DNA of 64,000 nt from Acutalibacteraceae bacterium (GCA_045540055.1 JAZQGO010000025.1:10-64009); one strand, 5' to 3'. Counted from the first letter of the stretch, positions 7,520 through 16,153 are shown. Made by a program: numbers and translations. Notes: generated by a model from the letters alone, not told the origin.

Positions 7520-7601
7520 TGGGAGAGGGTGGATTCGAACCACCGAAGCTGAAAGCAACAGATTTACAGTCTGCCCCCTTTGGCCGCTCGGGAACTCTCC
7601 C
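7517..7601 (-). tRNA. tRNA-Tyr (GTA), type II with long variable arm, CCA encoded
   Basis: Reverse complement reads GGGAGAG TT CCCGAGCGGCCAAAGGGG GCAGA CTGTAAA TCTGT variable arm GGTGG TTCGAAT CCACC CTCTCCC A CCA. Cloverleaf and anticodon were read by eye. Confidence 0.9.
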
Positions 7602-7623
7602 ATATTCATTTTGCGCAAGCAAT

Positions 7624-7652
7624 ATTATAGCATAAGGCTCGTGCGATGTCAA
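7624..7652 (-). promoter_or_regulatory. Sigma-A type promoter for tRNA-Tyr
   Basis: Minus strand reads TTGACA - 17 nt - TATAAT, about 20 nt upstream of the tRNA 5' end. Confidence 0.55.
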
Positions 7653-7763
7653 GCAATTTTTCATAAAATAAATATGTTGCTTATGCAAAACAAAATCACC
7701 ACATTGTATTATAGCGTAAAAGCAGCTTGACGCAAGATTAAGTTATATTTGCCCGTAAAACTC

Positions 7764-7840
7764 GCGAAGCGAATTTCACTTGCGAAGCAAATATAACTGA
7801 GCGAAGCTCAATATGACTCGCCATAGGCGAATATAACTGC
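7764..7840. repeat. Four degenerate ~19-bp tandem repeats in the tRNA-Thr/tRNA-Tyr spacer
   Basis: gcgaagcgaatttcactt / gcgaagcaaatataactga / gcgaagctcaatatgactc / gccataggcgaatataactg. An inverted partner aagttatatttgc lies at 7740-7752. Confidence 0.6.
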
Positions 7841-7842
7841 TC

Positions 7843-7879
7843 CAAAAAAAAAAGCACTTCGTGACGAAGTGCTTTTTTT
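7843..7879 (-). terminator. Terminator hairpin 3' of tRNA-Thr
   Basis: a(10) gcacttcgt gacgaagtgc t(7): a perfect stem flanked by A and T runs. Confidence 0.7.
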
Positions 7880-7954
7880 GGAGCTGGTGGACGGACTCGA
7901 ACCCCCGACCTGCTGATTACAAATCAGCTGCTCTACCAACTGAGCTACACCAGC
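7879..7954 (-). tRNA. tRNA-Thr (TGT), CCA encoded
   Basis: Reverse complement reads GCTGGTG TA GCTC AGTTGGTA GAGC A GCTGA TTTGTAA TCAGC AGGTC GGGGG TTCGAGT CCGTC CACCAGC T CCA. Confidence 0.9.
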
Positions 7955-7969
7955 GAAATGTGCCTAAAT

Positions 7970-7998
7970 AATATATCACATAGTCACGCATTTGTCAA
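7970..7998 (-). promoter_or_regulatory. Sigma-A type promoter for tRNA-Thr
   Basis: Minus strand reads TTGACA - 17 nt - TATATT, just upstream of the tRNA. Confidence 0.5.
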
Positions 7999-8041
7999 GT
8001 GTTTTTTATTCCATCTCGGGTAAACCAAAGCGTTTTATCTA

Positions 8042-8215
8042 ATCACGCGCAAGACTTGACCAGACTCGTGAATTTTTGTTAACCTGTCTTATTCCTCCTG
8101 CGTGACCGCCTGCCGAAAAGTCCAGCGTAAACAGTCTGTCTGGGTTTATGTTCAACTCATCCTCCCTGCTTCTTATAACCTTACTAGCACGCTGTGCGTT
8201 TTTGTATATTTTCAT
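8042..8215 (-). pseudogene. Fragment of an alpha/beta-hydrolase (esterase) gene
   Basis: Hand translation gives a 58-aa ORF (below the track cutoff): MKIYKNAQRASKVIRSREDELNINPDRLFTLDFSAGGHAGG... This matches the region around the nucleophile elbow (…DP.RI.v.GFSAGGH…) of esterases that are normally 250-320 aa. No intact flanking coding sequence. Confidence 0.35.
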
Positions 8216-8376
8216 CCCAAAAGGAATTTGTTTATCCCAAATTTTAATCTCCTTTTTTGCTTTGCCTCCACTAATATTTTATCATCCACAGTAAATTTTT
8301 CAAGCATTTTTTCAGGCGCTGTATTATTTTACATTTTTTGTGCAAAACTAAGAATATCACTTTTTGGAGGTAACAT

Positions 8377-9717
8377 ATGAAAAGAACAATAACCTGCATT
8401 CTAATGTGCATATGCCTGACACTATCAGCATTTTCTCTTGCTGCCTGTAGCGGCAAAAGCGACGATACGGGTGTATATTTTTTGAACTTTAAGCCCGAAT
8501 CAGCCAAAACCTATGAAAAAATCGCCGACGAATACTACAAAGATACCGGCGTAAAGGTCAAGGTTGTAACTGCGGCGGCAAACACCTATGAGCAAACTCT
8601 TAAGAGCGAAATTGCCAAGAAAAACGCCCCTACCATTTTTCAAATTAACGGGCCCATCGGCTACAACACCTGGAAGCAGTACTGCGCAGATTTAAAGGAC
8701 ACAAAGCTTTATTCCTTCCTTAGCGACAAAAATCTCGCAATACGTGACGGAGACGGCGTATACGGTATACCCTATGTTGTAGAGGCCTACGGCATAATCT
8801 ATAACAAGGCGCTTACCGACCGTTATTTCGCCCTCAAAACCCGCCAGACACAGATAAACTCTATGGATGAGATTAACAATTATAACTCTTTTCGTATAGT
8901 CACAGAGGATATGACCAAGCACAAAAAAGAACTCGGTATCGACGGTGTGTTTGCCTCAACCTCAATGCTATCGGGTGAAGATTGGCGTTGGCAGACACAT
9001 TTAATGAATATACCGCTTTATTATGAGTTTGCCGAAAACGAGCAGTTTGACGACCCAACCGTTGCGGGTCTTAACACCACCGACATTACCTTTAAATATG
9101 CCGATAACTTTAAAAACATTTTTGACCTGTATATAAACAACTCAACCACACCGAAAACACTCCTCGGCTCTAAATCGGTTGCCGACAGTATGGCAGAGTT
9201 TGCGCTCGGCAAGGCGGTTATGGTACAGAACGGTACCTGGAGCTTTGAGCAGATAAACGATGTTGAAGGAAACAAGGTAAAAGAAGAGGATATTAAATTC
9301 CTGCCGATTTATCTCGGTATTGACGGCGAAAAAAATCAGGGACTTTGTGTCGGCACAGAAAACTATCTGGCAATCAACAAGAATGCCACCGACGAGCAAA
9401 GACAAGCGTCGCTTGACTTCCTTGAATGGCTTTATAGCAGTGAAAAGGGTAAAAAATACGTCACAGACGAGCTCGGCTTTACAACCCCCTTTAACACATT
9501 TTCTGCTGAGGAAACTTCCAACGACCCGTTGGCCAAGGAAACTGTACGTTGGATGAATATGGAAAACATCAACACTATACCCTGGATATTCACCGCCTTC
9601 CCGAGTGAAACCTTTAAGACTGAACTTGGCAGTTTATTGCTTGGCTACGCGCAGGGTGACGTCACCTGGGAAGAGGTAAAGGCGGGTGCTATAAAATACT
9701 GGAAGAGTGAGCGTTAA
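8377..9717 (+). CDS. ABC transporter extracellular solute-binding lipoprotein (carbohydrate, family 1)
   Basis: 446 aa with a signal peptide and lipobox (LSAFSLAAC), followed by two MalFG-type permease genes. Confidence 0.85.
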   Translation: MKRTITCILMCICLTLSAFSLAACSGKSDDTGVYFLNFKPESAKTYEKIADEYYKDTGVKVKVVTAAANTYEQTLKSEIAKKNAPTIFQINGPIGYNTWKQYCADLKDTKLYSFLSDKNLAIRDGDGVYGIPYVVEAYGIIYNKALTDRYFALKTRQTQINSMDEINNYNSFRIVTEDMTKHKKELGIDGVFASTSMLSGEDWRWQTHLMNIPLYYEFAENEQFDDPTVAGLNTTDITFKYADNFKNIFDLYINNSTTPKTLLGSKSVADSMAEFALGKAVMVQNGTWSFEQINDVEGNKVKEEDIKFLPIYLGIDGEKNQGLCVGTENYLAINKNATDEQRQASLDFLEWLYSSEKGKKYVTDELGFTTPFNTFSAEETSNDPLAKETVRWMNMENINTIPWIFTAFPSETFKTELGSLLLGYAQGDVTWEEVKAGAIKYWKSER

Positions 9718-10562
9718 TGGAAAAACAAATCCGCAAATATTCCCTTATTCTTTTTCTTCCCGTATTTTTATCCTTCCTCATTGTTTTTCTAATTCCCTTT
9801 TTTTTGGGAATTTACCTGTCATTCACCGAATTCACAACGGTAAGTGATGCCGTTTTTGTCGGCTTTAAAAATTATGCGAGCATTCTTACCGACAGCGGCG
9901 ATTTCTTAAACTCGCTATGGTTTACCGTTAAATTTGCCGCCATTTCGGTGCTGAGCATAAATATTTTCGCCTTTACGCTGGCGCTGCTGCTGACCCGTGA
10001 TATACGCGGACGCAACATCTACCGAACGGTGTTTTTTATGCCTAACCTTATCGGCGGAATAGTGCTCGGCTATATATGGCAGTTGATTATCAACGGCATT
10101 TTGTATAACTTCGGTTACTCGATTCTTTCAAACGCCAACTTCGGCTTTTGGGGACTCATAGTGCTGATGAACTGGCAAATGATAGGCTATATGATGATAA
10201 TTTATATCGCAGGCCTGCAAAACGTACCCCACGAGCAGATAGAGGCGGCAAAGGTTGACGGCGCATCAAACACACTCATACTTTTTAAGATAACCATACC
10301 TGCAGTTATGCCATCAATAACAATCTGTTTGTTTTTGACGCTGACAAACGCCTTTAAGCTGTTTGACCAGAACCTCGCCCTTACGGCAGGCGCGCCTGCT
10401 CGTCAGACCGAAATGCTGGCGCTCAATATATATAACACATTTTACGGGCGCGCAGGCGCCGAGGGCATCGGTCAGGCTAAAGCGGTTCTCTTTTCACTGC
10501 TTGTCGCTGTAATTGCCCTGTTGCAGCTCTATTTAACTCGCCGCAAGGAGTATGAAAACTAA
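9717..10562 (+). CDS. Carbohydrate ABC transporter permease (MalF-like)
   Basis: 281 aa, 6 TM, EAA loop IEAAKVDGASNTLILFKITIP. Start overlaps the SBP stop. Confidence 0.85.
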   Translation: MEKQIRKYSLILFLPVFLSFLIVFLIPFFLGIYLSFTEFTTVSDAVFVGFKNYASILTDSGDFLNSLWFTVKFAAISVLSINIFAFTLALLLTRDIRGRNIYRTVFFMPNLIGGIVLGYIWQLIINGILYNFGYSILSNANFGFWGLIVLMNWQMIGYMMIIYIAGLQNVPHEQIEAAKVDGASNTLILFKITIPAVMPSITICLFLTLTNAFKLFDQNLALTAGAPARQTEMLALNIYNTFYGRAGAEGIGQAKAVLFSLLVAVIALLQLYLTRRKEYEN

Positions 10563-11398
10563 TGGAAAAGCATCGTCCCCTTACAAATATAATACTGACG
10601 GTAATTCTTATAGCTGCGTCTGCAGTATTTATTGCACCGGTATTTATAGTTCTTATAAATTCCTTTAAAACGAAGTTTTCGATAAGTCAGAGTCCCTTTG
10701 TTCTTCCAAACAGCGAAACCTTTGCAGGTCTTGAAAACTATATCATGGGCATTCAGGACACCGACCTTTTATCTGCTGTTGGTTGGTCTCTCTTTGTGAC
10801 AGTTTTTTCCGTTGGCGCCATCGTGATTTTTACCTCGATGGCAGCTTGGTATATCGTCAGAAGCGGCAGTCGTTTCGCCAAAATGACCTACTATCTGTTC
10901 GTTTTTTCAATGATTGTGCCCTTTCAGATGGTTATGTTCACTATGTCGAAGCTTGCAAACTCCTTGGGGCTAGACACACCGCTCGGTCTTGTATTTATAT
11001 ATCTCGGCTTCGGTGCGGGCCTGTCGGTATTTATGTTTGTAGGTTTTATAAAATCAATACCTCTGAGTATAGAGGAGGCCGCAACTATTGACGGCTGTAA
11101 TCCTCTGCAGATTTTCTTTCACGTTGTTTTCCCAATTTTAAAGCCAACCACCGTAACGGTGGCAATACTCAACGCAATGTGGATATGGAACGACTACCTG
11201 TTGCCCTATCTTGTAATCGGCACAGACTATAAAACGCTACCAATTGCCGTACAATACCTTAAGGGCGGCTACGGCTCGGTTGACATGGGCGCCATGATGG
11301 CGGTGTTGGTATTATCTATAATTCCCGTCGTTGTCTTTTATCTCTTCTCACAAAAATATATCATCAGCGGTGTTGCCGCCGGCGCAGTTAAAGGCTAA
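10562..11398 (+). CDS. Carbohydrate ABC transporter permease (MalG-like)
   Basis: 278 aa, EAA loop IEEAATIDGCNPLQIFFHVVFP. Overlapping start/stop with the previous gene. Confidence 0.85.
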   Translation: MEKHRPLTNIILTVILIAASAVFIAPVFIVLINSFKTKFSISQSPFVLPNSETFAGLENYIMGIQDTDLLSAVGWSLFVTVFSVGAIVIFTSMAAWYIVRSGSRFAKMTYYLFVFSMIVPFQMVMFTMSKLANSLGLDTPLGLVFIYLGFGAGLSVFMFVGFIKSIPLSIEEAATIDGCNPLQIFFHVVFPILKPTTVTVAILNAMWIWNDYLLPYLVIGTDYKTLPIAVQYLKGGYGSVDMGAMMAVLVLSIIPVVVFYLFSQKYIISGVAAGAVKG

Positions 11399-11432
11399 AA
11401 AAATCCCTTGAGAAAATTCTCAAGGGATTTTT
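11397..11432 (+). terminator. Terminator after the ABC permease genes
   Basis: cccttgag aaaatt ctcaaggg followed by a T-run. Confidence 0.7.
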
Positions 11433-11453
11433 AAAAAACCTTTATCATGTTTC

Positions 11454-11594
11454 TTACCGAAGAACTTCGCCATAATAAGTCTTATCACCTTTAAATCTAA
11501 TAGACTCCTTTTCGTACGCCTCGACATGAAGCGACAGATATATTTCATCCTGTGGCATCTCATACGGCTTATGGGCAACAACAATAATCTTAAT
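11454..11594 (-). pseudogene. N-terminal remnant of a DUF4422-like glycosyltransferase (no ATG)
   Basis: Hand translation: (I)KIIVVAHKPYEMPQDEIYLSLHVEAYEKESIRFKGDKTYYGEVLR*. This resembles the conserved N-terminus MKI.V..HK.Y.MP.D..YLP.HVG of DUF4422 proteins. Only about 47 codons remain, immediately 3' of the sugar transferase. Confidence 0.3.
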
Positions 11595-11603
11595 ATCTAT
11601 TAT

Positions 11604-12272
11604 TTATTCGGCGCCTTCCTTTTTGAAAACCTTATAAAATGTTTTAAAAATAATGCCGAAATCTAAGGCTAAGTTTCTTGTGCGGCAATAATACTTATCC
11701 ATCTTAAGTCGTGTTTCGAAATCGGTATTGCTTCTGCCGTTAACCTGCCAGAAGCCCGTAATGCCGGGTTTGACCTTGATAATAGTATCGTAATATTCGC
11801 CCATCTCATCCTTTTCTTTAAGAAGATAAGGACGAGGTCCTACAAGCGATAATCTGCCCGCCAGAACATCAAAAAACTGCGGCAGCTCATCAATTGAATA
11901 ACGCCTTATAACCCTGCCGACCTTGGTAATTCTCGGGTCGTCCTTGAGTTTTTTGTAGATACGATATTCTTCGGCCCTTTGTTTATCCTCTTTTAGAAGC
12001 TTTTCAAGAACCTCGTCGGCATCTACAACCATTGAGCGTATTTTGTGTATTTGTATGGGCTTGCCGTTCTTGCCGATTCGGGTTTGCTTAAACATAAGCT
12101 TATCCTTATCGCCCGTAACGAAAAAGGCGATTTTAACAAAAAATATAATGATAAGTGCAAAAACAGCGCCAACAATAGCGCCTAATATATCTATAAATCG
12201 TTTTATAAACAAAAAGGCCTTGGGTGAATAAACCTCGTTTGTGGTCACGCCCGACTCATTATTATTATTCAT
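11604..12272 (-). CDS. Bacterial sugar transferase (undecaprenyl-phosphate hexose-1-phosphate transferase, EpsL/WcaJ C-terminal type)
   Basis: One TM segment followed by KQTRIGKNGKPI...KIRSM, DELPQ, LSLVGPRP, KPGITG motifs. Start set at MNNNNE; an upstream GTG start is possible. Confidence 0.85.
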   Translation of the reverse strand: MNNNNESGVTTNEVYSPKAFLFIKRFIDILGAIVGAVFALIIIFFVKIAFFVTGDKDKLMFKQTRIGKNGKPIQIHKIRSMVVDADEVLEKLLKEDKQRAEEYRIYKKLKDDPRITKVGRVIRRYSIDELPQFFDVLAGRLSLVGPRPYLLKEKDEMGEYYDTIIKVKPGITGFWQVNGRSNTDFETRLKMDKYYCRTRNLALDFGIIFKTFYKVFKKEGAE

Positions 12273-12448
12273 CAGATATCCCCAATCATTCGGCACCTGC
12301 GTGTCAAAAAATACTTATTATTAGTATTTGTGTATCAATTATATTAAATTCTTTCGCATTTGTCAAATTTATTACAAAATAGTATTTTTTAACAGTTCGT
12401 TTGGCTTATCCATATCGCTTTGATATACTTTTTTGTGAGGTGTTTTAT

Positions 12449-12619
12449 ATGAATTTAAACGATTTTTATACCTGTGATGAAAACCAAAAACCGCTTGGAA
12501 AGGTAGCCGTTGACGGTGGCTTCTGCGGCGTTTCCAGGACAATCGCCGTTGTTGGTGACAGTATGTCGTCGGGCGAATTTCAATCCTATGATGCAGAGAG
12601 TAAGGCGGGTATTAGTTAA
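12449..12619 (+). pseudogene. N-terminal fragment of an SGNH/GDSL hydrolase
   Basis: 56 codons ending in a stop. Contains the block I motif IAVVGDSMSSGE; full-length members are about 200+ aa. Adjacent to the IS200 element. Confidence 0.45.
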
Positions 12620-12740
12620 TCGGCAAAATTATCGCGCCATACATAGACTATATCGTACGTCACACTATGGACGATTTCAGACAGGTCGGCTTTATCGGCA
12701 CCCCGTATTATAATACGAATTATGAAAAATAAGCAATAAA

Positions 12741-13432
12741 TATCCACCCGCATAGCGGGTGGTATTTCATTTTCGGGCATAGCCCTAAACGATACTGGCT
12801 ACGCACAAGTGCGTTTTTTGATTGGCCTGCCAGCCATGCAACGTTTACTTACTACCCATAAATGGGTCCCGCGGGTCGAAAAGACTTAATTGGTCACTTT
12901 CTTTATCGTGCTTTAATTGATTTGAAATATATTCCTTTATTGCTTTCGTATTTTTACCCGCGGTATCTACGTAATATCCCTTACACCAAAATTCGCGGTT
13001 TCGATATGCAAACTTTATATTGCCCCACTTTTGAAAAATCATTAGTGCGCTCTTTCCTTTTAAATATCCCATAAATCCCGAAACGCTCATTTTGGGTGGG
13101 ATACTCACCAGCATATGAATATGGTCTGGGCACACTTCTCCTTCTACTATTTCCACACCTTTCCATTCGCAAAGTTTTCGCAATATTTCTCTTATCTCTA
13201 ACCGTTTATCTTCGTAAAATACTTTTCGTCTGTACTTTGGAGCAAACACTATGTGATACTTGCAATTCCATTTTGAGTGTGCTAAACTATTTGTACTGAT
13301 TTCTTCTTTTTTCATTTTTTATCCTCGGTTTGTGTTTTGAATTGACTGGCAGGTCTTTTCAATATTACCACAAACGGAGGATTTTCTCATCGGTTAACCT
13401 CTTTTGAACCACGCGACTATCGCGTGGTTTTC
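12741..13432 (-). mobile_element. IS200-type insertion sequence (IS200/IS605 family, tnpA only)
   Basis: Y1 transposase ORF flanked by subterminal perfect hairpins ccacccgc-ata-gcgggtgg (12744-12762) and aaccacgcga-cta-tcgcgtggtt (13407-13429). No terminal inverted repeats, as expected for this family. Exact ends are not determinable by eye. Confidence 0.8.
12845..13315 (-). CDS. tnpA: IS200/IS605 family Y1 (HUH) transposase TnpA
   Basis: 156 aa with KYHIVFAPKYRRKVF, the HUH motif PDHIHMLVSIPP and the catalytic Tyr region GYYVDTAG. Confidence 0.9.
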   Translation of the reverse strand: MKKEEISTNSLAHSKWNCKYHIVFAPKYRRKVFYEDKRLEIREILRKLCEWKGVEIVEGEVCPDHIHMLVSIPPKMSVSGFMGYLKGKSALMIFQKWGNIKFAYRNREFWCKGYYVDTAGKNTKAIKEYISNQLKHDKESDQLSLFDPRDPFMGSK

Positions 13433-13470
13433 GTTATACAAGAAAAAGGCGTACACAGTACGCCTTTTGT

Positions 13471-14847
13471 TTATTTACCTAATTTTTCCTGAACAATATG
13501 TGCCGCTTTATAAATATCGCCGCCGCCCATTGTAATAACCAAATCGCCTTCCTCGGCGGTGTTTATAATTTCATCGGCTACCTGCTCGAAGGTGTCACGA
13601 CATACAGCATCATCTAATTTGCAGGCAATATCATCTGATGAAATGCCGTAGGTATTCACCTCACGCGAGCCCATAATCGGCATTAAAATAACCTTATCGG
13701 CAATTTTTAACGACTCAATAAACTCATCGAGCAACAACGCAGTACGTGAAAATGTAAAGGGTTGGAACACCGCAATAACTCTCTTATAATCGAGTGTCTT
13801 TGCCGCCGAAAGTGTTGCTTTAATTTCGGTGGGATGATGAGCATAGTCGTCAGCCAGCACAAAGCCGTTATATTCGCCCAAAAACTCAAAGCGTCTGCCC
13901 GCACCCGTAAACTGCTCGAGCGCGCTTTTAATACCCTCAGGGGCAACGCCCATATAGTCGGCAACCGCTATTGCCGCAAGTCCGTTAAGGACATTATGGT
14001 ATCCAGGTATGTGCATTTCTATATTTACTAACTTTTTATCGCCCTTAAAAACGTCAAAGGCATATCCAAATTTTGACTGCTTTAGATTATCGGCATAGTA
14101 ATCGTTAGATTTATTAAGACCGAAGGTAATAATTTTTGCATCAATATTCTCCGCCGCCTTTTTAACAAGCATATCATCGCCGTTAATAAAGGCGATTTTA
14201 GACATAGCGATAAACTTATGAAAGGATAACACAAGATTATCCATCGTCTTAAAATAATCTAAATGGTCGTTATCAATATTAAGTAAAACCGAAACATCGG
14301 GCGACATTTGTAGGAAGGTATCAACAAACTCACAGGCCTCACAAACCATATTCTCGGTCTGCCCCGTTCTGCCGTTAGAGTTAATTATGGGTAGCTTACC
14401 ACCAATAACAGCTGTGGGGTCTAACTTGTTTAAATACAAAATTTGTGTTATCATAGAGGTGGTAGAGGTTTTACCGTGGGTACCGCACACACCTATAACG
14501 TTGTCGTACATACGTGTAAGTGCACCAAGCAGGTGCGAACGTTCCATCGTAGGTATGCCATTTTCTTTGGCAAAAATGATCTCGGGATTATCCTGCGAGA
14601 TAGCCGCAGAATACACCACCAATTCGGCACCCTTAACGTTTTCGGCACTATGACCCATATAAACCGTAATACCCAATGCCTTTACCCTTTTTAACGGGTC
14701 GCTTATATTATTATCAGAGCCGGTTAGTATATAGCCCTTTGAATGAAGTATCTCGGCAAGCGGACACATACCCGAGCCGCCGATACCAATCATATGAACC
14801 CGTTTTACATTTTGAATTATTTTATCTTCCTCGCGTAACTGTTTCAT
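13471..14847 (-). CDS. murC: UDP-N-acetylmuramate--L-alanine ligase
   Basis: VHMIGIGGSGM, GTHGKTSTTSM, DNDHLD. Start set at MKQLREED; the ORF extends 14 codons further upstream. Confidence 0.9.
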   Translation of the reverse strand: MKQLREEDKIIQNVKRVHMIGIGGSGMCPLAEILHSKGYILTGSDNNISDPLKRVKALGITVYMGHSAENVKGAELVVYSAAISQDNPEIIFAKENGIPTMERSHLLGALTRMYDNVIGVCGTHGKTSTTSMITQILYLNKLDPTAVIGGKLPIINSNGRTGQTENMVCEACEFVDTFLQMSPDVSVLLNIDNDHLDYFKTMDNLVLSFHKFIAMSKIAFINGDDMLVKKAAENIDAKIITFGLNKSNDYYADNLKQSKFGYAFDVFKGDKKLVNIEMHIPGYHNVLNGLAAIAVADYMGVAPEGIKSALEQFTGAGRRFEFLGEYNGFVLADDYAHHPTEIKATLSAAKTLDYKRVIAVFQPFTFSRTALLLDEFIESLKIADKVILMPIMGSREVNTYGISSDDIACKLDDAVCRDTFEQVADEIINTAEEGDLVITMGGGDIYKAAHIVQEKLGK

Positions 14848-14933
14848 AAATAAGCCCCTTACAAATTTTACAATTCTATTATATTGCAAAACGATTGAAA
14901 AATAAACAACTATTTTATTTAATGAGGAAAAAA

Positions 14934-16097
14934 ATGTATATTTTACCCGAATATGTACGAAATATTATTAAAAGACTTGAAGAAAACGGTCACGAGGCAT
15001 ATATTGTCGGTGGCTCTGTTCGTGATTTACTGCTTGGTATAACACCGCACGACTACGATATAACTACCTCCTGCAAGCCTGATGAGGTTTGCGCTTTGTT
15101 TGAAAAAACAGTTCAAACGGGTATCAAGCACGGCACCGTAACGGTAGTCACCGACTGCGGCAATGTAGAGGTCACCACCTACCGACTCGACGGCGAATAT
15201 ATAAACCACCGTTCACCCGAAGAAGTAAGCTTTGTTTCGCGTCTTGAGTGCGATTTAGCTCGCCGCGACTTCACAATTAACGCTATGGCATATAATGAAA
15301 AAGACGGCTTAGTTGATTTATTTGGCGGCAGAGATGATTTGCAAAATAAGGTCATTCGCGCTGTTGGTGACGCTGACAGTCGTTTTAAAGAGGATGCTTT
15401 AAGAATTCTGCGTGCCGTACGCTTTGCCGCAAGGCTTGGCTTTGAGATTAAAAAGAGTACCCTTGACGGTATTTATAAAAATATTTATCTTTTAAAGGAC
15501 ATAAGCGCCGAGCGTATATTTTCAGAGCTTATACAGATTTTGGCAACCGACAGCCCCGAGCAAATCGCTATTATATGTGACGGCGGCGGTTTAAAGCACC
15601 TGAACATTGAAAAAATAGACACGCCTGCCCTCTTAGGCCGTCTTGATAACAGTGTTAATTTGCGCTTTTACGCCTTTTGTAAGCTGTGTGGTGCCGATTG
15701 CGAGCAGCTTTGCCGTCTTCTTAAAACCGATAATGCCCTTAAAAAATACTGTTCGAATTTAGAATATGCAAGCGGCATTTCTAAAAATCCCACAAAAACC
15801 GATATTAAACTGATGCTAAGGAAATTATCGGTACAGCAGGTAAACGATTATTTGAATTTTATTAAGGTGTTTTACTTGACCGATATTAAGCAGAGTGAAA
15901 AACTTCTCGAAGAAATCATAGGCAATAACGAAGCCTATCTTATAAAACATTTAGTGGTTGACGGCTCATATCTTTTAAGGCTTGGATACCGAGAAAGCAC
16001 AATCGGTGAAATTCTTGAAGGGCTTTTGAATGTGGTAATTCACGATAATGGCCTTAATACAAAAGAAAAACTGACCGAACTAATCAAAAAAATGTAA
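14934..16097 (+). CDS. cca: CCA-adding tRNA nucleotidyltransferase / poly(A) polymerase family protein
   Basis: AYIVGGSVRDLLLG..DYDI, RRDFTINAM, RFKEDALRILRAVRF. Start at MYILPEY after GAGGA. Confidence 0.85.
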   Translation: MYILPEYVRNIIKRLEENGHEAYIVGGSVRDLLLGITPHDYDITTSCKPDEVCALFEKTVQTGIKHGTVTVVTDCGNVEVTTYRLDGEYINHRSPEEVSFVSRLECDLARRDFTINAMAYNEKDGLVDLFGGRDDLQNKVIRAVGDADSRFKEDALRILRAVRFAARLGFEIKKSTLDGIYKNIYLLKDISAERIFSELIQILATDSPEQIAIICDGGGLKHLNIEKIDTPALLGRLDNSVNLRFYAFCKLCGADCEQLCRLLKTDNALKKYCSNLEYASGISKNPTKTDIKLMLRKLSVQQVNDYLNFIKVFYLTDIKQSEKLLEEIIGNNEAYLIKHLVVDGSYLLRLGYRESTIGEILEGLLNVVIHDNGLNTKEKLTELIKKM

Positions 16098-16153
16098 CCC
16101 AAAATACGACGCGTCATAAAATGTAGTATAGCATTTTATGACGCTTTGTTTGT

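Noticed and set aside
7419-7688. 89-aa minus-strand ORF from the track
   Set aside because: It runs through tRNA-Tyr and the repeat's heptad arm. The peptide is low-complexity and has no RBS. It is an artefact of the tRNA and repeat sequence.
4112-8376. Classical tRNA-integrated genomic island or prophage remnant
   Set aside because: No integrase, excisionase, transposase or phage gene is present. The repeats extend well beyond a tRNA-derived att core. It is reported only as an unexplained repeat and islet array.
8102-8507. 92-aa (+) and 78-aa (-) ORFs upstream of and overlapping the SBP gene start
   Set aside because: No RBS, low-complexity peptides, and overlap with the esterase remnant and the SBP signal-peptide region. 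Likely non-coding.
12620-12732. Possible C-terminal tail of the SGNH hydrolase in the -1 frame (LIGKIIAPYIDYIVRHTMDDFRQVGFIGTPYYNTNYEK)
   Set aside because: It lacks the SGNH block V D-x-x-H signature and I cannot support homology by eye. It is left unannotated.
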